A DNA stretch of 63,865 nt from a bacterium. GTDB lineage: Bacteria; Planctomycetota; JADGBV01. Shown piece by piece: positions 19,521-29,749 of this stretch. A model generated the notes under the pieces. It worked only from the letters and a program-made list of their open reading frames with translations. It did no database searches and was not told the origin of the DNA. The DNA lies in contig JAHFOS010000004.1 of assembly GCA_023261545.1 (NCBI GenBank), positions 1 to 63,865 on the forward strand, written 5' to 3'. The translations under genes were made by a program, and so were the position numbers. Numbering within the stretch: the stretch's first letter is position 1; the number at the start of each line of letters is the position of its first letter.

Positions 19521-22490
19521 ATGATGGCCAATCCTGAGGAAGCCGCGTTCGAAGCGGAAATCCGCGCGCGCGGCGAGGAGTTGCTGCGGCTCATGCAGGG
19601 CCGCGAGCCCGGCATCTTCCACCCGGGATTCTGGCAACGGCACCTGCTGGAAAAGGCCATGGAGGACGCCTCCTTCCGCGCCGACCTGTTCCGCTTTATT
19701 GACGTGCTGCCGTGCCTCACGAGCCCGGCGCAAATTTCGGCGCACATCGCCGACTACCTGTTGCGCGAGGGCCGCATCTTGCCCCAGGTATTGCGCCTCG
19801 GGGTCAAGGCTGCCGCAGGCGGCGGGCTGGCGGCGGGCCTGGCGGCGCGGGCGCTGCGCGCCCAGGTGGAGACCATGGCCACGCGCTTCATCGCCGCGCG
19901 CGACGCTAGCGCCACGCTGGCGGCGTTGCAGAAGCTGCGCGCGGAGGGCGTGGCCTTCACCGTGGACCTGCTTGGCGAGACAACGCTGAGCGAGGCGGAG
20001 GCCGTGGTCGCCGAGCGCCGCTACCTCGAACTCATGGATCTCCTGGCCGGGGCGGCGGCGGATTGGCCGCCCAACCCGCTTTTGGATTCCGATCCCCAGG
20101 GTCCGCTGCCGCGAGCTGACATCTCCGTCAAGGTTTCGGCGCTGGTCCCGTTCCTTGATCCGGTGGATAGCGCGGGCGCTGTACGCCGACTCAAGGCGCG
20201 CGCGCTGCAACTGGCGGCGCGCGCCCGTGAAAGAGGGCTTTCCCTCACCCTGGACATGGAGAATTACGAACTCAAGGGCATCATCCTGGATCTCTTCGAG
20301 GAACTAGCGGGCCGTGGCGATTTCCGCGCCTGGCCGCACATCGGCCTGGCCCTCCAGGCTTATCTCGTGAGCGCGCCCGACGATCTGGAGCGGCTGCTTT
20401 CCCTCGCGCGCCGGCGCGGGGCGCCCCTCAACGTGCGCCTGGTGAAGGGGGCTTACTGGGACTATGAGGTGGTGCGCTCCAGGATGCACGGCTATCCCTG
20501 CCCGGTGCTGACCGACAAAGCCGCCACGGATTTGCAGTACGAGCGGCTCGCGTGCGTGCTGCTGGAAAACCGCGCGCACCTGCGCCCCGCCTTCGGTACC
20601 CACAACCTGCGCTCGCTGGCGCACGTGCTGGCGACGGCGGCAAAGCTCGGCGCGCCGGAGACGAGCTATGAATTCCAGATGCTCTACGGCATGGCCGAGC
20701 CTGAACGCGCCGCCTTGCGCTCCCTGGGCCGGCGCGTGCGCGTCTACACGCCGGTGGGGGAGCTGCTGCCCGGCATGGCGTACTTGGTGCGCCGCCTGCT
20801 GGAAAACACCTCCAACGTCGGTTTCCTGCGTCTGGCGCACCGCGAGCACCGCGGCGCCGACGAGCTGTTGCGCCGGCCTGTCCTCGCGCCGCCAGCGCCT
20901 GAAGCGGTGCAGGGATTGCTCGCGCCCTTCCGCAATTGCCCGCTCACGGATTTCGCGGAAGCCGGCGCGCGGCGCGATTTCTCCAAAGCCTTGGAACTTG
21001 CGCGCGCGCGCCTGCCCCAGGAGGTGGCGGCGGTGGTCTCGGGGATGGAGATCCGGCGCGGCGAGGTCGTGACGCGCCCCTGTCCGGACGAGGAGGGGCT
21101 GGCGGTGTCGCGCGTTCATTACGCGGATATCGAGTTGGCCGGCGAAGCCGTGGCGGCGGCGGCGCGGGCCCTGCCCGCCTGGCGCGGACGCACGCTCGCC
21201 GAAAGGGCCGGCTTGCTCGACCGCCTGGGCCACTTCCTGGAGCGCGACCGCTTTGAGCTCGCCGCCCTCATGGTCCACGAGGTGGCCAAGCCCTGGCGCG
21301 AGGCCGACGCCGACGTGGGCGAGGCCGTGGACTTCTGCCGCTACTACGCGCAGCGCGCCAGCGTCGAGCTCGGGGAACGCAAGCTCTCGAGCCCGCCCGG
21401 CGAGGACAACCGCATGCTGTACGAGGGCCGGGGCGTGTGCGCCGTCATCGCGCCCTGGAACTTCCCGCTCGCCATCCTCGCTGGCATGTCCGCGGCGGCG
21501 CTGGTGGCCGGCAATACCGTCGTGCTCAAGCCCGCCGAGCAGTCAAGCGCCGTGGCCGCCGCCTTCCACCGTCGCATCCTCGAAGCCGGTATTCCGTCCA
21601 GCGCCGCGCACTTCCTGCCCGGACGCGGCGAAATCGTGGGCGCGTATCTGGTGGAGCATCCGGAAGTGGCCACGGTGGCCTTCACGGGCAGCCTGGCCGT
21701 GGGGCTCGCCATTTTGGAGCGCAGCGCGCGGCCGACCGCGCAGCAGAAGCAGCTCAAGCGCGTTATCCTGGAACTTGGCGGAAAGAACGCCATCATCGTG
21801 GACGAGGACGCCGACCTCGACGAGACGGCCCTGGGTATTTTGCGCAGCGCCTTCGGTTACGCCGGGCAGAAATGTTCGGCCTGCTCGCGGCTCATCGTCC
21901 ACGAAGGCGTTTACGACACGCTGTTGCGCCGCCTGCTCCAGGCCATCGAAAGCTGGTGTCCCGCGCCAGCGCGGGAACCGGGTTGCCTGCTGCCGCCCGT
22001 CGTGGACGCCGACGCGCAGCGCCGGCTGCTGGGACTCATGGAGCATCCGCCAACGGGCGCGCGCCTGCTCTATAAGGGCCGCGAGCGGGCGGGTGGGTGT
22101 TTCGTGCCGCCGGCCGTCTTCGAAGTGCGTGATCCCGATCTTCCGCTGTTGCAGGAAGAACTCTTCGGCCCGGTGCTCGCGGTCCTTCCCGCCCGCAATT
22201 TCGCGGAGGCCCTGGACATCGCCGCCCGCAGCCGCTTCGCGCTCACCGGCGCCGTCTATTCGCGCCGGCCCGCGCACCTCGGACTCGCGCGCGCGCGCTT
22301 CCGCACTGGCAACCTCTACTTGAACCGCCCCTGCACCGGCGCCATGGTGGGCCGCCAGCCCTTCGGCGGGTTCAACATGAGCGGCGTCGGCTTCAAATCC
22401 GGTGGTCCCGATTACCTTTTGCAATTCGCCGAACCGCGCGTCATCGCCGAAAACACCCTGCGCCGCGGCTTCGCCCCGGACGTAGCATGA
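19521..22490 (+). CDS. putA: Bifunctional proline dehydrogenase / L-glutamate-gamma-semialdehyde (P5C) dehydrogenase
   Basis: ~990 aa. The N-terminal half looks like PRODH (TIM-barrel-like, LVKGAYWDYE, FGTHNL). The C-terminal ALDH half has VAFTGS, ILELGGKNAIIV and GQKCSACSRL. I see no obvious N-terminal RHH DNA-binding domain. Confidence 0.9.
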   Translation: MMANPEEAAFEAEIRARGEELLRLMQGREPGIFHPGFWQRHLLEKAMEDASFRADLFRFIDVLPCLTSPAQISAHIADYLLREGRILPQVLRLGVKAAAGGGLAAGLAARALRAQVETMATRFIAARDASATLAALQKLRAEGVAFTVDLLGETTLSEAEAVVAERRYLELMDLLAGAAADWPPNPLLDSDPQGPLPRADISVKVSALVPFLDPVDSAGAVRRLKARALQLAARARERGLSLTLDMENYELKGIILDLFEELAGRGDFRAWPHIGLALQAYLVSAPDDLERLLSLARRRGAPLNVRLVKGAYWDYEVVRSRMHGYPCPVLTDKAATDLQYERLACVLLENRAHLRPAFGTHNLRSLAHVLATAAKLGAPETSYEFQMLYGMAEPERAALRSLGRRVRVYTPVGELLPGMAYLVRRLLENTSNVGFLRLAHREHRGADELLRRPVLAPPAPEAVQGLLAPFRNCPLTDFAEAGARRDFSKALELARARLPQEVAAVVSGMEIRRGEVVTRPCPDEEGLAVSRVHYADIELAGEAVAAAARALPAWRGRTLAERAGLLDRLGHFLERDRFELAALMVHEVAKPWREADADVGEAVDFCRYYAQRASVELGERKLSSPPGEDNRMLYEGRGVCAVIAPWNFPLAILAGMSAAALVAGNTVVLKPAEQSSAVAAAFHRRILEAGIPSSAAHFLPGRGEIVGAYLVEHPEVATVAFTGSLAVGLAILERSARPTAQQKQLKRVILELGGKNAIIVDEDADLDETALGILRSAFGYAGQKCSACSRLIVHEGVYDTLLRRLLQAIESWCPAPAREPGCLLPPVVDADAQRRLLGLMEHPPTGARLLYKGRERAGGCFVPPAVFEVRDPDLPLLQEELFGPVLAVLPARNFAEALDIAARSRFALTGAVYSRRPAHLGLARARFRTGNLYLNRPCTGAMVGRQPFGGFNMSGVGFKSGGPDYLLQFAEPRVIAENTLRRGFAPDVA

Positions 22491-25400
22491 AACGGCGGAC
22501 GCCTCCCCCTGTCCGCGTGCTCACCGCCGCCGCGCTTTTCGACGGCCACGATGCCGCCATCAACGTCATTCGCCGCGTGTTGCAGGGCTGTGGCGCCGAG
22601 GTCATCCACCTCGGCCACAACCGCTCAGTGGAGGAAATCGCCCGTGCCGCCGTGGAAGAGGATGTCGCCGCCGTGGCCATTTCGAGCTACCAGGGTGGGC
22701 ACATGGAGTTCTTCCGCTACCTTGTGGCGACGCTGCGCGGGCTCGGGGCGGGGGATATCAAGGTCTTCGGCGGCGGCGGGGGCGTGATTGTGCCCACCGA
22801 AGCGCGGCGCTTGGAGCGGCTCGGGGTGACGCGCATCTACACGCCCGAGGACGGCACGCGCCTGGGCCTCAAGGGTATCGTGGAACACATGCTGGGAATC
22901 TGCCGCCAGGCGCAACGGCGCCTGCCGCAAAGGCTGCCGGAAAACCTGGGCATCGGAAACCGGCTCGCGCTGGGCCGTCTGGTGAGCGTCCTCGAAGCGG
23001 GGCCGGCCCCCCTGCGCGCGCGCTTGCGAAAATCCCTGGCTCAGCGCCTCAAGGAAAAGCGACCAGCGCCCGTGGTGGCCTTCACCGGGCCCGGAGGCGC
23101 GGGCAAGAGCTCGCTGGTGGACGAGCTGCTGTTGCGCCTGTTGCAGCTATTTCCCGAGCTGCGCGTCGGCGTCGTCAGCGTGGACCCGACCCTGCCCGGC
23201 GTCGGCGGGGCGCTGCTGGGGGACCGCATCCGCCTGAACACGGCGGGAAACGACCGCGTCTTCGTGCGCTCCCTGGCCACGCGCCAGCGCCACGTTTCGC
23301 TGAGCATCGCCACGCGCGACGCTCTCGACCTGCTGCGCGCCGCTGCTTTCGACCTCGTTCTCTTAGAGACCGCCGGCATCGGCCAGGCGGATGCCCGCGC
23401 TCGCGACCTCGCCGACCTCGCCGTTTACGTGATGACGCCGGAGTTCGGGGCGCCGAGCCAGCTCGAAAAAATCGCCATGCTCGGCTGCGCCGACCTCATC
23501 GCCCTCAACAAGTTCGACCGGCCCGGAGCCTTGGACGCGCTGCGCGAGGTGCGCCGGGCGGTGCAGCGCGCGCGCGGGCGTTTCGCCGATAAGGCCGAGG
23601 ACATGCCGGTGTACGGCACCTGCGCCCAGCGCTGCGCCGATCCCGGCGTGAATTCCTTCTGCAACGCGCTCCTGGCGCGCGTGCGCGAGGTCGCGCCGCA
23701 TCCCGAAAACTTCGCGGCCGCGTTGCTCACCGAGGGCGCGCCGGATACCGATCCGCTCATCCCTCCGCTGCGCCGGCACCACCTCGCCGAGGTCGCCGCC
23801 GCCGTGCGCGGTCATAAGCAGCGGGCGCGGGCCGAGGCGGAGATCGCGCGGCGCGCTGGCGGGCTGTACGCTGCGCTCGTGGCCGCCGGGGACACACCGC
23901 CCGAGCTTCCAGAGTTTTATGGAACCGCTGCGCTGGCGGGTGGCGCTGTTCCAGGCCTCCTTGAACTCCGGCGTGCCTACAACAAGGCGTTGGAAGAACT
24001 CGGTGCAGAGGGCGCGCGGCTCATCGTCGCCCACGCGGAGCTCGCCACCGCCTATGCGGGACCGCAAAACACCTACACCGTGCGCGGGCGCGAAATCAAG
24101 GTTGAAAACCAGGCGCACACGCTTTCCGGCCTTGCCATTGCGCGCGTGGCCGTGCCTGCTCTCGCCGACTGGGGCGCGCGCATCCTCTATCAGCGGCTGG
24201 AGAACGCGCCCGGCCGTTTTCCCTACACCGCCGGGGTGTATGAGTACAAACGCGAGGAAGAGGAGCCGACGCGCATGTTCGCCGGTGAGGGCGGGCCCGA
24301 GCGCACCAATGCGCGCTTCCACTTCATCTGTCGCGGCGGGAAGACCGCGCGCCTGTCCACCGCCTTCGACTCGGTGACGCTCTACGGACACGACCCGGAT
24401 ATCCGGCCGGACATCTACGGGAAAATCGGCAACTCCGGCGTTTCGGTGTGCAGCCTGGATGACATGAAGCGCCTGTATTCCGGTTTCGACCTGGCCGCTC
24501 CCCAGACTTCGGTTTCCATGACCATCAACGGTCCGGCGCCCATGCTGCTGGCCTGGTTCCTGACGACGGCGGTGGATGCCGCGGTGGAACGGCGCATCAA
24601 AGTCGCGGGCCGCCTCGCGCATACGCGCCAGCGCGTGGCGGCCTGGTTCCGTGCGCGCGCGGCCGTTCCCCCGCGCTACCGCGGCCCGCTTCCCGAGGGC
24701 CATGACGGATCGGGCCTGCTGTTCCTCGGCGTGCCCGCGCGGATCATCGTCGAGCCCCAGCTCTACAACGAGGTGCGCCGCGAGGTGCTCTCCAGCGTGC
24801 GCGGCACGGTGCAGGCCGATATCCTCAAGGAAGACCAGGCGCAGAACACCTGTATCTTCTCCACCGAGTTCGCGCTGCGCCTCATGGGCGACGTGCAGCA
24901 GTGGTTCCTGGACCACGGCGTGCGCAACTTCTACAGCGTGAGCATCAGCGGCTACCACATCGCCGAAGCCGGAGCCAACCCCGTGAGCCAGCTCGCCTTC
25001 ACCCTGGCCAACGCCTTCACCTACGCCGAGGTTTACCGCCAGCGCGGCATGGACTTCAACCGCTTCGCCCCCAACTTCTCCTTCTTTTTTTCCAACGGCA
25101 CGGATGCCGAGTACGCCGTGCTGGCGCGCGTGGCGCGGCGCATCTGGGCGCTGGCCGCGCGCGCTCTCTACGGTGCCGACGAGCGCAGCGCCAAGCTCAA
25201 GTGCCACATCCAGACCTCGGGCCGCTCGCTGCACTCCCAGGAGATGCAGTTCAACGACACCCGCACCACGCTCCAGGCGCTCTACGCCATCGCCGACAAC
25301 TGCAACTCGCTGCACACCAACGCCTACGACGAGGCGGTGACCACCCCCACCGAGGAGTCGGTGCGCCGCGCCATCGCCATCCAACTCATCGTGCTGCGCG

Positions 25401-25900
25401 AGCTCGGGCTCACGCAGAACCAGAATCCCCTCCAGGGCAGCCATTTCATCGAACAGCTCACGGACCTGGTGGAGGAAGCGGTGCTGCGCGAGTTCGAGGC
25501 CCTGGACGCGCGCGGGGGCGCGCTCGGCGCCATGGAGACGCATTACCAGCGCAGCCGCATTCAGGAGGAGTCGCTGGCCTACGAGCAGAAGAAGATGAAC
25601 GGGGAACTGCCCATCGTGGGCGTCAATACTTTCCTCCCGGTCGGCGGAACCGGCGTCCCGCGCCACGTCGAACTCCGGCGCTCCTCCGCCGCGGAGAAAC
25701 GCGCGCAAATCGCCGAAGTGCGGCGCTTGCGCCAACTCTTCGCCCCCGAGCGCGCGGCGGCCCTGGCCCAGCTCACGCGCGCCGCGCGGGCGGGCGGAAA
25801 CGTGTTCGCCGAACTCATGGACGCCTGCCCTTACGGCACCCTCGGCGACCTCGCCGCCGCGCTGCACGGCGCCGGCGGCAGTTACCGGAGGAACATGTGA
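22487..25900 (+). CDS. icmF: Fused isobutyryl-CoA mutase: B12-binding domain, MeaB-like G-protein and mutase substrate-binding domain
   Basis: The N-terminus has the B12 motif FDGHDAAINV...GHNRS. The middle has the P-loop GPGGAGKSS and NKFD. The C-terminal ~600 aa is a methylmalonyl-CoA-mutase-like barrel. The ATGA overlaps the putA stop. Confidence 0.9.
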   Translation: MKRRTPPPVRVLTAAALFDGHDAAINVIRRVLQGCGAEVIHLGHNRSVEEIARAAVEEDVAAVAISSYQGGHMEFFRYLVATLRGLGAGDIKVFGGGGGVIVPTEARRLERLGVTRIYTPEDGTRLGLKGIVEHMLGICRQAQRRLPQRLPENLGIGNRLALGRLVSVLEAGPAPLRARLRKSLAQRLKEKRPAPVVAFTGPGGAGKSSLVDELLLRLLQLFPELRVGVVSVDPTLPGVGGALLGDRIRLNTAGNDRVFVRSLATRQRHVSLSIATRDALDLLRAAAFDLVLLETAGIGQADARARDLADLAVYVMTPEFGAPSQLEKIAMLGCADLIALNKFDRPGALDALREVRRAVQRARGRFADKAEDMPVYGTCAQRCADPGVNSFCNALLARVREVAPHPENFAAALLTEGAPDTDPLIPPLRRHHLAEVAAAVRGHKQRARAEAEIARRAGGLYAALVAAGDTPPELPEFYGTAALAGGAVPGLLELRRAYNKALEELGAEGARLIVAHAELATAYAGPQNTYTVRGREIKVENQAHTLSGLAIARVAVPALADWGARILYQRLENAPGRFPYTAGVYEYKREEEEPTRMFAGEGGPERTNARFHFICRGGKTARLSTAFDSVTLYGHDPDIRPDIYGKIGNSGVSVCSLDDMKRLYSGFDLAAPQTSVSMTINGPAPMLLAWFLTTAVDAAVERRIKVAGRLAHTRQRVAAWFRARAAVPPRYRGPLPEGHDGSGLLFLGVPARIIVEPQLYNEVRREVLSSVRGTVQADILKEDQAQNTCIFSTEFALRLMGDVQQWFLDHGVRNFYSVSISGYHIAEAGANPVSQLAFTLANAFTYAEVYRQRGMDFNRFAPNFSFFFSNGTDAEYAVLARVARRIWALAARALYGADERSAKLKCHIQTSGRSLHSQEMQFNDTRTTLQALYAIADNCNSLHTNAYDEAVTTPTEESVRRAIAIQLIVLRELGLTQNQNPLQGSHFIEQLTDLVEEAVLREFEALDARGGALGAMETHYQRSRIQEESLAYEQKKMNGELPIVGVNTFLPVGGTGVPRHVELRRSSAAEKRAQIAEVRRLRQLFAPERAAALAQLTRAARAGGNVFAELMDACPYGTLGDLAAALHGAGGSYRRNM

Positions 25901-25960
25901 GCGCGGGGAGGCGTATCGCTGCGAAGCGCGCTTTGCGGAGCCGCGCGCGCGCGACCCTGT

Positions 25961-26665
25961 TCAGGAAGTCGCCGACCCACGCGCGCGCAGGTTGTATTTG
26001 AGGATAGCAAAAATGGCGTGCAGCCCGTCGCGCCAGCCGATCTTCTTGCCCTGTTCGTAGGTGCGGCCGCAATAGGAGATGCCGACCTCGTAAATGACGC
26101 AGCCCCGGCGCGCCACCTTGGCGGTGATTTCGGGCTCGAAACCGAAGCGATCCTCCTCGATGGCGATGGACTGGATGATCTCGCGGCGAAAGAGCTTGTA
26201 GCAGGTTTCCATGTCAGTGAGGTTCAGGTTGGTGAACATATTGGAGAGCAGCGTGAGCAGGCGGTTGCCCACGGCGTGCCAGAAGTACACGACGCGATGA
26301 GGCCGGTCGCTCACGAACCTGGAGCCGTAAACCACGTCGGCGCCGTAGCGCAGCACCGGCTCCATGAGGCGGGGATATTCCTCGGGATTGTATTCGAGGT
26401 CCGCGTCCTGGATGATGATGAGGTCGCCCGTGGCGGCCTGGATGCCGCTGCGCAGCGCGGCCCCTTTGCCGCGGTTGCGCTCGTGATAGACGACCTTGTC
26501 TATTTGCGGTTCCAGGCGGCGCAGGATCTCGCGCGTGCCGTCGCTGGAAGCATCGTCCACCACGATGATCTCCTTGTCTGGAACGGGAGCGCCCCGGACG
26601 CGCGCGAGGAGCTCCTCAAGGGTGTCCCTTTCATTGTAGCAGGGGATGACGATGGAGAGCTTCAA
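25961..26665 (-). CDS. Glycosyltransferase family 2 (polyprenyl-phosphate sugar synthase-like)
   Basis: Motifs: [22 protein letters not shown] and the DxD motif IIQDADLEY. Confidence 0.85.
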   Translation of the reverse strand: MKLSIVIPCYNERDTLEELLARVRGAPVPDKEIIVVDDASSDGTREILRRLEPQIDKVVYHERNRGKGAALRSGIQAATGDLIIIQDADLEYNPEEYPRLMEPVLRYGADVVYGSRFVSDRPHRVVYFWHAVGNRLLTLLSNMFTNLNLTDMETCYKLFRREIIQSIAIEEDRFGFEPEITAKVARRGCVIYEVGISYCGRTYEQGKKIGWRDGLHAIFAILKYNLRARGSATS

Positions 26666-26795
26666 GGTAAGCGTTCAGCCCCTTTAGTGCCACGACAGAG
26701 CGCCGACGGCCCGGCCCGTTCATGCTTCGATGCTTCGACAGGCTCAGCACAGCACGAACGGGCCTGGCTGCGACGCTGCGATGCGAAGGCGCGGA

Positions 26796-27929
26796 TCACG
26801 ACGTGAGCATGCGCAGCAGCACCGCCAGCGCCTTTTCGAGCTGGTCCTCTTCCACGTACTCGCTGGCGGTGTGCGCGCGGCGGATGGAGCCCGGTCCGAA
26901 AACCGCGGCGGGAATGGAGAGTTTTTCATAGAAGGGGGCGTGGGTGGCGTAAGGCGCGCTGGAAATGCTGGGCTTGAGGCCGCAGGCGCTCTGGGCGCGG
27001 TGGATGAGCGCGCAGGCTCCGGCGGCACTCTTGGTTTCAAACCCTCCCGAATCGAGGTAGGGGTCCTCCACCTCGACGTGGGCGAGGCCGGCGAGCGCGC
27101 GGCGGATCTCCCGCACCACGGCCTCAGGGGTTTCTCCCGGCAACAGCCGGCGGTCTATTTCCAGCCAGGCGGCGGCGGGAACGGTATTGGGCGTCTGCCC
27201 CCCGCCGGCCATGCCCACGCTCAAGGTGGCGTGGCCGAGCACGGGATGCGGTGGGCGGCGCTGCAGCTCGTCGTGCAGTTTTTTGAGCAGGAGGATGGCC
27301 TCGGCCAGCAGATAGATGGCGTTGCGCCCCGCCTCGGGAGTGGAAGCATGGCAGCTCTCCCCGCGCGCGCGCACGAAACAGCGCAACACCCCCTTGTGGG
27401 CGGCGAGGATTTCAAGCTCCGTGGGTTCTCCCACCACGGCGCCATCAGCCTTGAGGCCGCGGCGCGCGAGCTCACGCACGCCACCGAAGGAGAACTCCTC
27501 GTCCGCGCAGGCGGCGAGGATCACGTTGCGCGTGGGTTTGTTTCCCCGGCGCAGGATGTCTTCGAGCGCGCAAAGGAAAATGGCCAGCGAGGCCTTGGTA
27601 TCGCAGGCGCCGCGCCCGTAGACGCGCCCTTCGCTGCGGGTGGGTTCGAAGGGTGGGATCTCCATGTTCTCATGAGAGACGGTGTCGAGGTGCGCGTCGA
27701 GCAGCAGCGTTTCGCGCGCGCCCGCGTCCAGGCGGGCCAGCACGCTGGTGCGCCCGGGACGGTGCTCGAAGATTTCCGTGTCGAGTCCGAGGCTCCGGGC
27801 TCTTTGCGCCACGAATTCAGCGATGGGCTTCTCGAAGTAAGGCGCGCCTTGCACCTCCCGGCCCATGGGGTTCACGCTGGGGATGGCGATGAGGTCGCTC
27901 AAAAGTCGGATGAGGTTCTTGGGCGGCAT
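26796..27929 (-). CDS. M20 family metallohydrolase (ArgE/DapE-like deacylase)
   Basis: Motifs: LLLDAHLDTV, GRGACDTKAS, and the EEF..GG metal-ligand region. Confidence 0.85.
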   Translation of the reverse strand: MPPKNLIRLLSDLIAIPSVNPMGREVQGAPYFEKPIAEFVAQRARSLGLDTEIFEHRPGRTSVLARLDAGARETLLLDAHLDTVSHENMEIPPFEPTRSEGRVYGRGACDTKASLAIFLCALEDILRRGNKPTRNVILAACADEEFSFGGVRELARRGLKADGAVVGEPTELEILAAHKGVLRCFVRARGESCHASTPEAGRNAIYLLAEAILLLKKLHDELQRRPPHPVLGHATLSVGMAGGGQTPNTVPAAAWLEIDRRLLPGETPEAVVREIRRALAGLAHVEVEDPYLDSGGFETKSAAGACALIHRAQSACGLKPSISSAPYATHAPFYEKLSIPAAVFGPGSIRRAHTASEYVEEDQLEKALAVLLRMLTS

Positions 27930-28011
27930 GACGCCTTGATTTTAAACCCCGGGGCTGAGTTTCCACGCGGCCCGGGCCGAAGCAGTCGCCAGCGCGATAA
28001 AGTTTCGACCT

Positions 28012-28782
28012 CTAAGCTAGCGTTACGCCCAGCGCCTCTTCGATACCGAGGATGCTTTCGAGAGCGTGATCGGGCCGCGCCACTCCCGGCGTCGGCGGCC
28101 AGCCGTGATGCACCCAGATATTGCGGATCCCCGCCCGTTGGGCGCCGAGGATATCAACTTCCAGGGTATCGCCGACGTGCAGGGCCTGAAATGGCTTGCA
28201 ACCCGCGCGCTCGCAGGCGAGCGCGAAAAGGCGCGGATCCGGCTTCTCGAAGCCCGCCTCACCGGCGATGAGCACGTGGTCCACGATCTGGCGCAACCCG
28301 GTCTTGGAGATTTTCGGCGCCTGCGAATACGTGGAGCCATTGGTGAGCAACACCAGGATATAGCGCTGCTTCAGCCGCTCCAGCAGTTCCGGCACACCGG
28401 AGTAGAAGTCATAGGCCGCCACCCGCGCCGCGAGGAACCTGCGCTCCAGGTTCAGCAGCTCCTTGAGGCTCAAGTCCAGTCGCGGCGCCAGATCCGCGAG
28501 CATGCGGCCGAAGAGACGCGCGCGGCGCTCGCTGCCATCGGGCTTCACGGCGAAAGCCGTTCGCCAGCCGGGCTCGATGCGGCGGTCGTAGATGGCGTCC
28601 AGATAACGGCGCGCCACCGGGCCGGACGCGGGCTCCGCCAGGCCCGCGGACACCAGCGACGCGGCCAGGCCCGCCACCGCCGCGTTGTCCGCGCGCTGCG
28701 CGTCGCACAGCGTTCCGTCCATGTCGAGGAACAAGGCGCGCAGGCCTTGCAGAAATTCGGCGGTAAAACCGGGCGCGCTCAT
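28012..28782 (-). CDS. HAD-superfamily hydrolase
   Basis: Motif I is FLDMDGTL, followed by LTNGS and HVGDTLEVDILGAQRAG (motifs III/IV). Confidence 0.8.
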   Translation of the reverse strand: MSAPGFTAEFLQGLRALFLDMDGTLCDAQRADNAAVAGLAASLVSAGLAEPASGPVARRYLDAIYDRRIEPGWRTAFAVKPDGSERRARLFGRMLADLAPRLDLSLKELLNLERRFLAARVAAYDFYSGVPELLERLKQRYILVLLTNGSTYSQAPKISKTGLRQIVDHVLIAGEAGFEKPDPRLFALACERAGCKPFQALHVGDTLEVDILGAQRAGIRNIWVHHGWPPTPGVARPDHALESILGIEEALGVTLA

Positions 28783-28837
28783 GGCCGGCGCTTCCGGCCG
28801 CCTTGGGAAGCGGAACTATTCAATCTCAAAAAGAAAC

Positions 28838-29674
28838 TCATGGAGGAAGCCGCCGTTCCAGGGCCGCGACGCGTTTTTCCAGTTCCTCGAGCCGCTCGCC
28901 CTGTTGCGCCTGCGCGGCGCTGCCCTGCGTGTGCTTGGCGAGCCGCTCGCTGATGACGTCGTCAATGATCAGGGTCTTCTCCAAGAAGAGCTTGAGCAGG
29001 GTGCTCAGGTAGCGCCGCCCCATCTGCCGCAGCCGCAGGTTCGACATGCCCCAGGTGCGACCGTGCCAGTTGATGGGTATTTTGGCAATCGTGTATTTGC
29101 GTATATGCGCGCTCAGGGACATTTCGATGGTGATGTTGAAATGGCTGGCGGTGTAGGGCCCGCACTCGCGAATCACCTCGGTGCGGTAGGCCTTGAAGGC
29201 GTTGGTCATATCGTTGTGGTCGGTCCAGAACAGGACCTGGATCAGCTTGTTCACCAGGCGGTTGACGAACAGCTTGAGCTTCGGGTAGTTGCTGACGGTG
29301 GACTGGGGGCTGAAGCGGGTGCCGAAGACGCAGTCGTAACCCTCCTGGATCTTGCGGTAATACTGGACGAGGTCGCGGGGATCGTCCGAGAAATCAGCCA
29401 TGAAAATCACCACCACCTCCCCCTGGACTTCCGTGAGCCCGGAGCGGATGGCGCGGCCAAACCCCCCGGGCGGGCGGCGGTTGACCAGGCGCACACCGGG
29501 ATCACCGCGCATGCAGGCTTCGATGACGCGCTGCGTGCCGTCGCGGCTGTTGTCGTTGACGACGATGAGCTCGTAGGGAATAGCCTCCTCACGCAGGACA
29601 CGCGCCACCTCCGCGAGGGTTTTGCCGATGTTCTCTTCCTCGTTGTAAGCCGGGATGACCACCGATAGCAACAT
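28838..29674 (-). CDS. Glycosyltransferase family 2 (polyprenyl-phosphate sugar synthase / ArnC-like) with a C-terminal helical tail
   Basis: Motifs: MLLSVVIPAYNEEENI, VVNDNSRDGT, FMADFSDDP. Confidence 0.85.
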   Translation of the reverse strand: MLLSVVIPAYNEEENIGKTLAEVARVLREEAIPYELIVVNDNSRDGTQRVIEACMRGDPGVRLVNRRPPGGFGRAIRSGLTEVQGEVVVIFMADFSDDPRDLVQYYRKIQEGYDCVFGTRFSPQSTVSNYPKLKLFVNRLVNKLIQVLFWTDHNDMTNAFKAYRTEVIRECGPYTASHFNITIEMSLSAHIRKYTIAKIPINWHGRTWGMSNLRLRQMGRRYLSTLLKLFLEKTLIIDDVISERLAKHTQGSAAQAQQGERLEELEKRVAALERRLPP

Positions 29675-29749
29675 GACGCGATCTTATGGCTCGACGCGAA
29701 AGTTAAACGGACCTGGGTGTTCGGCAAGGCCGTCAACGCTGGAGCGGGT

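Noticed and set aside
22400-22490. Possible cobalamin riboswitch controlling icmF, and likewise upstream of the CbiM-like gene at 42786-42856
   Set aside because: icmF starts inside the putA stop codon, so there is no leader. The CbiM gap is only 71 nt, too short for a B12 riboswitch, and I saw no B12-box-like sequence.
23363-25867. 834-aa minus-strand ORF
   Set aside because: It is antisense to the icmF mutase domain and has no motifs. It is a shadow ORF of a very GC-rich gene.
26730-28271. 513-aa plus-strand ORF, and the 295-aa ORF at 28066-28953
   Set aside because: They are antisense to the M20 peptidase and HAD hydrolase genes, both of which show catalytic motifs on the minus strand.
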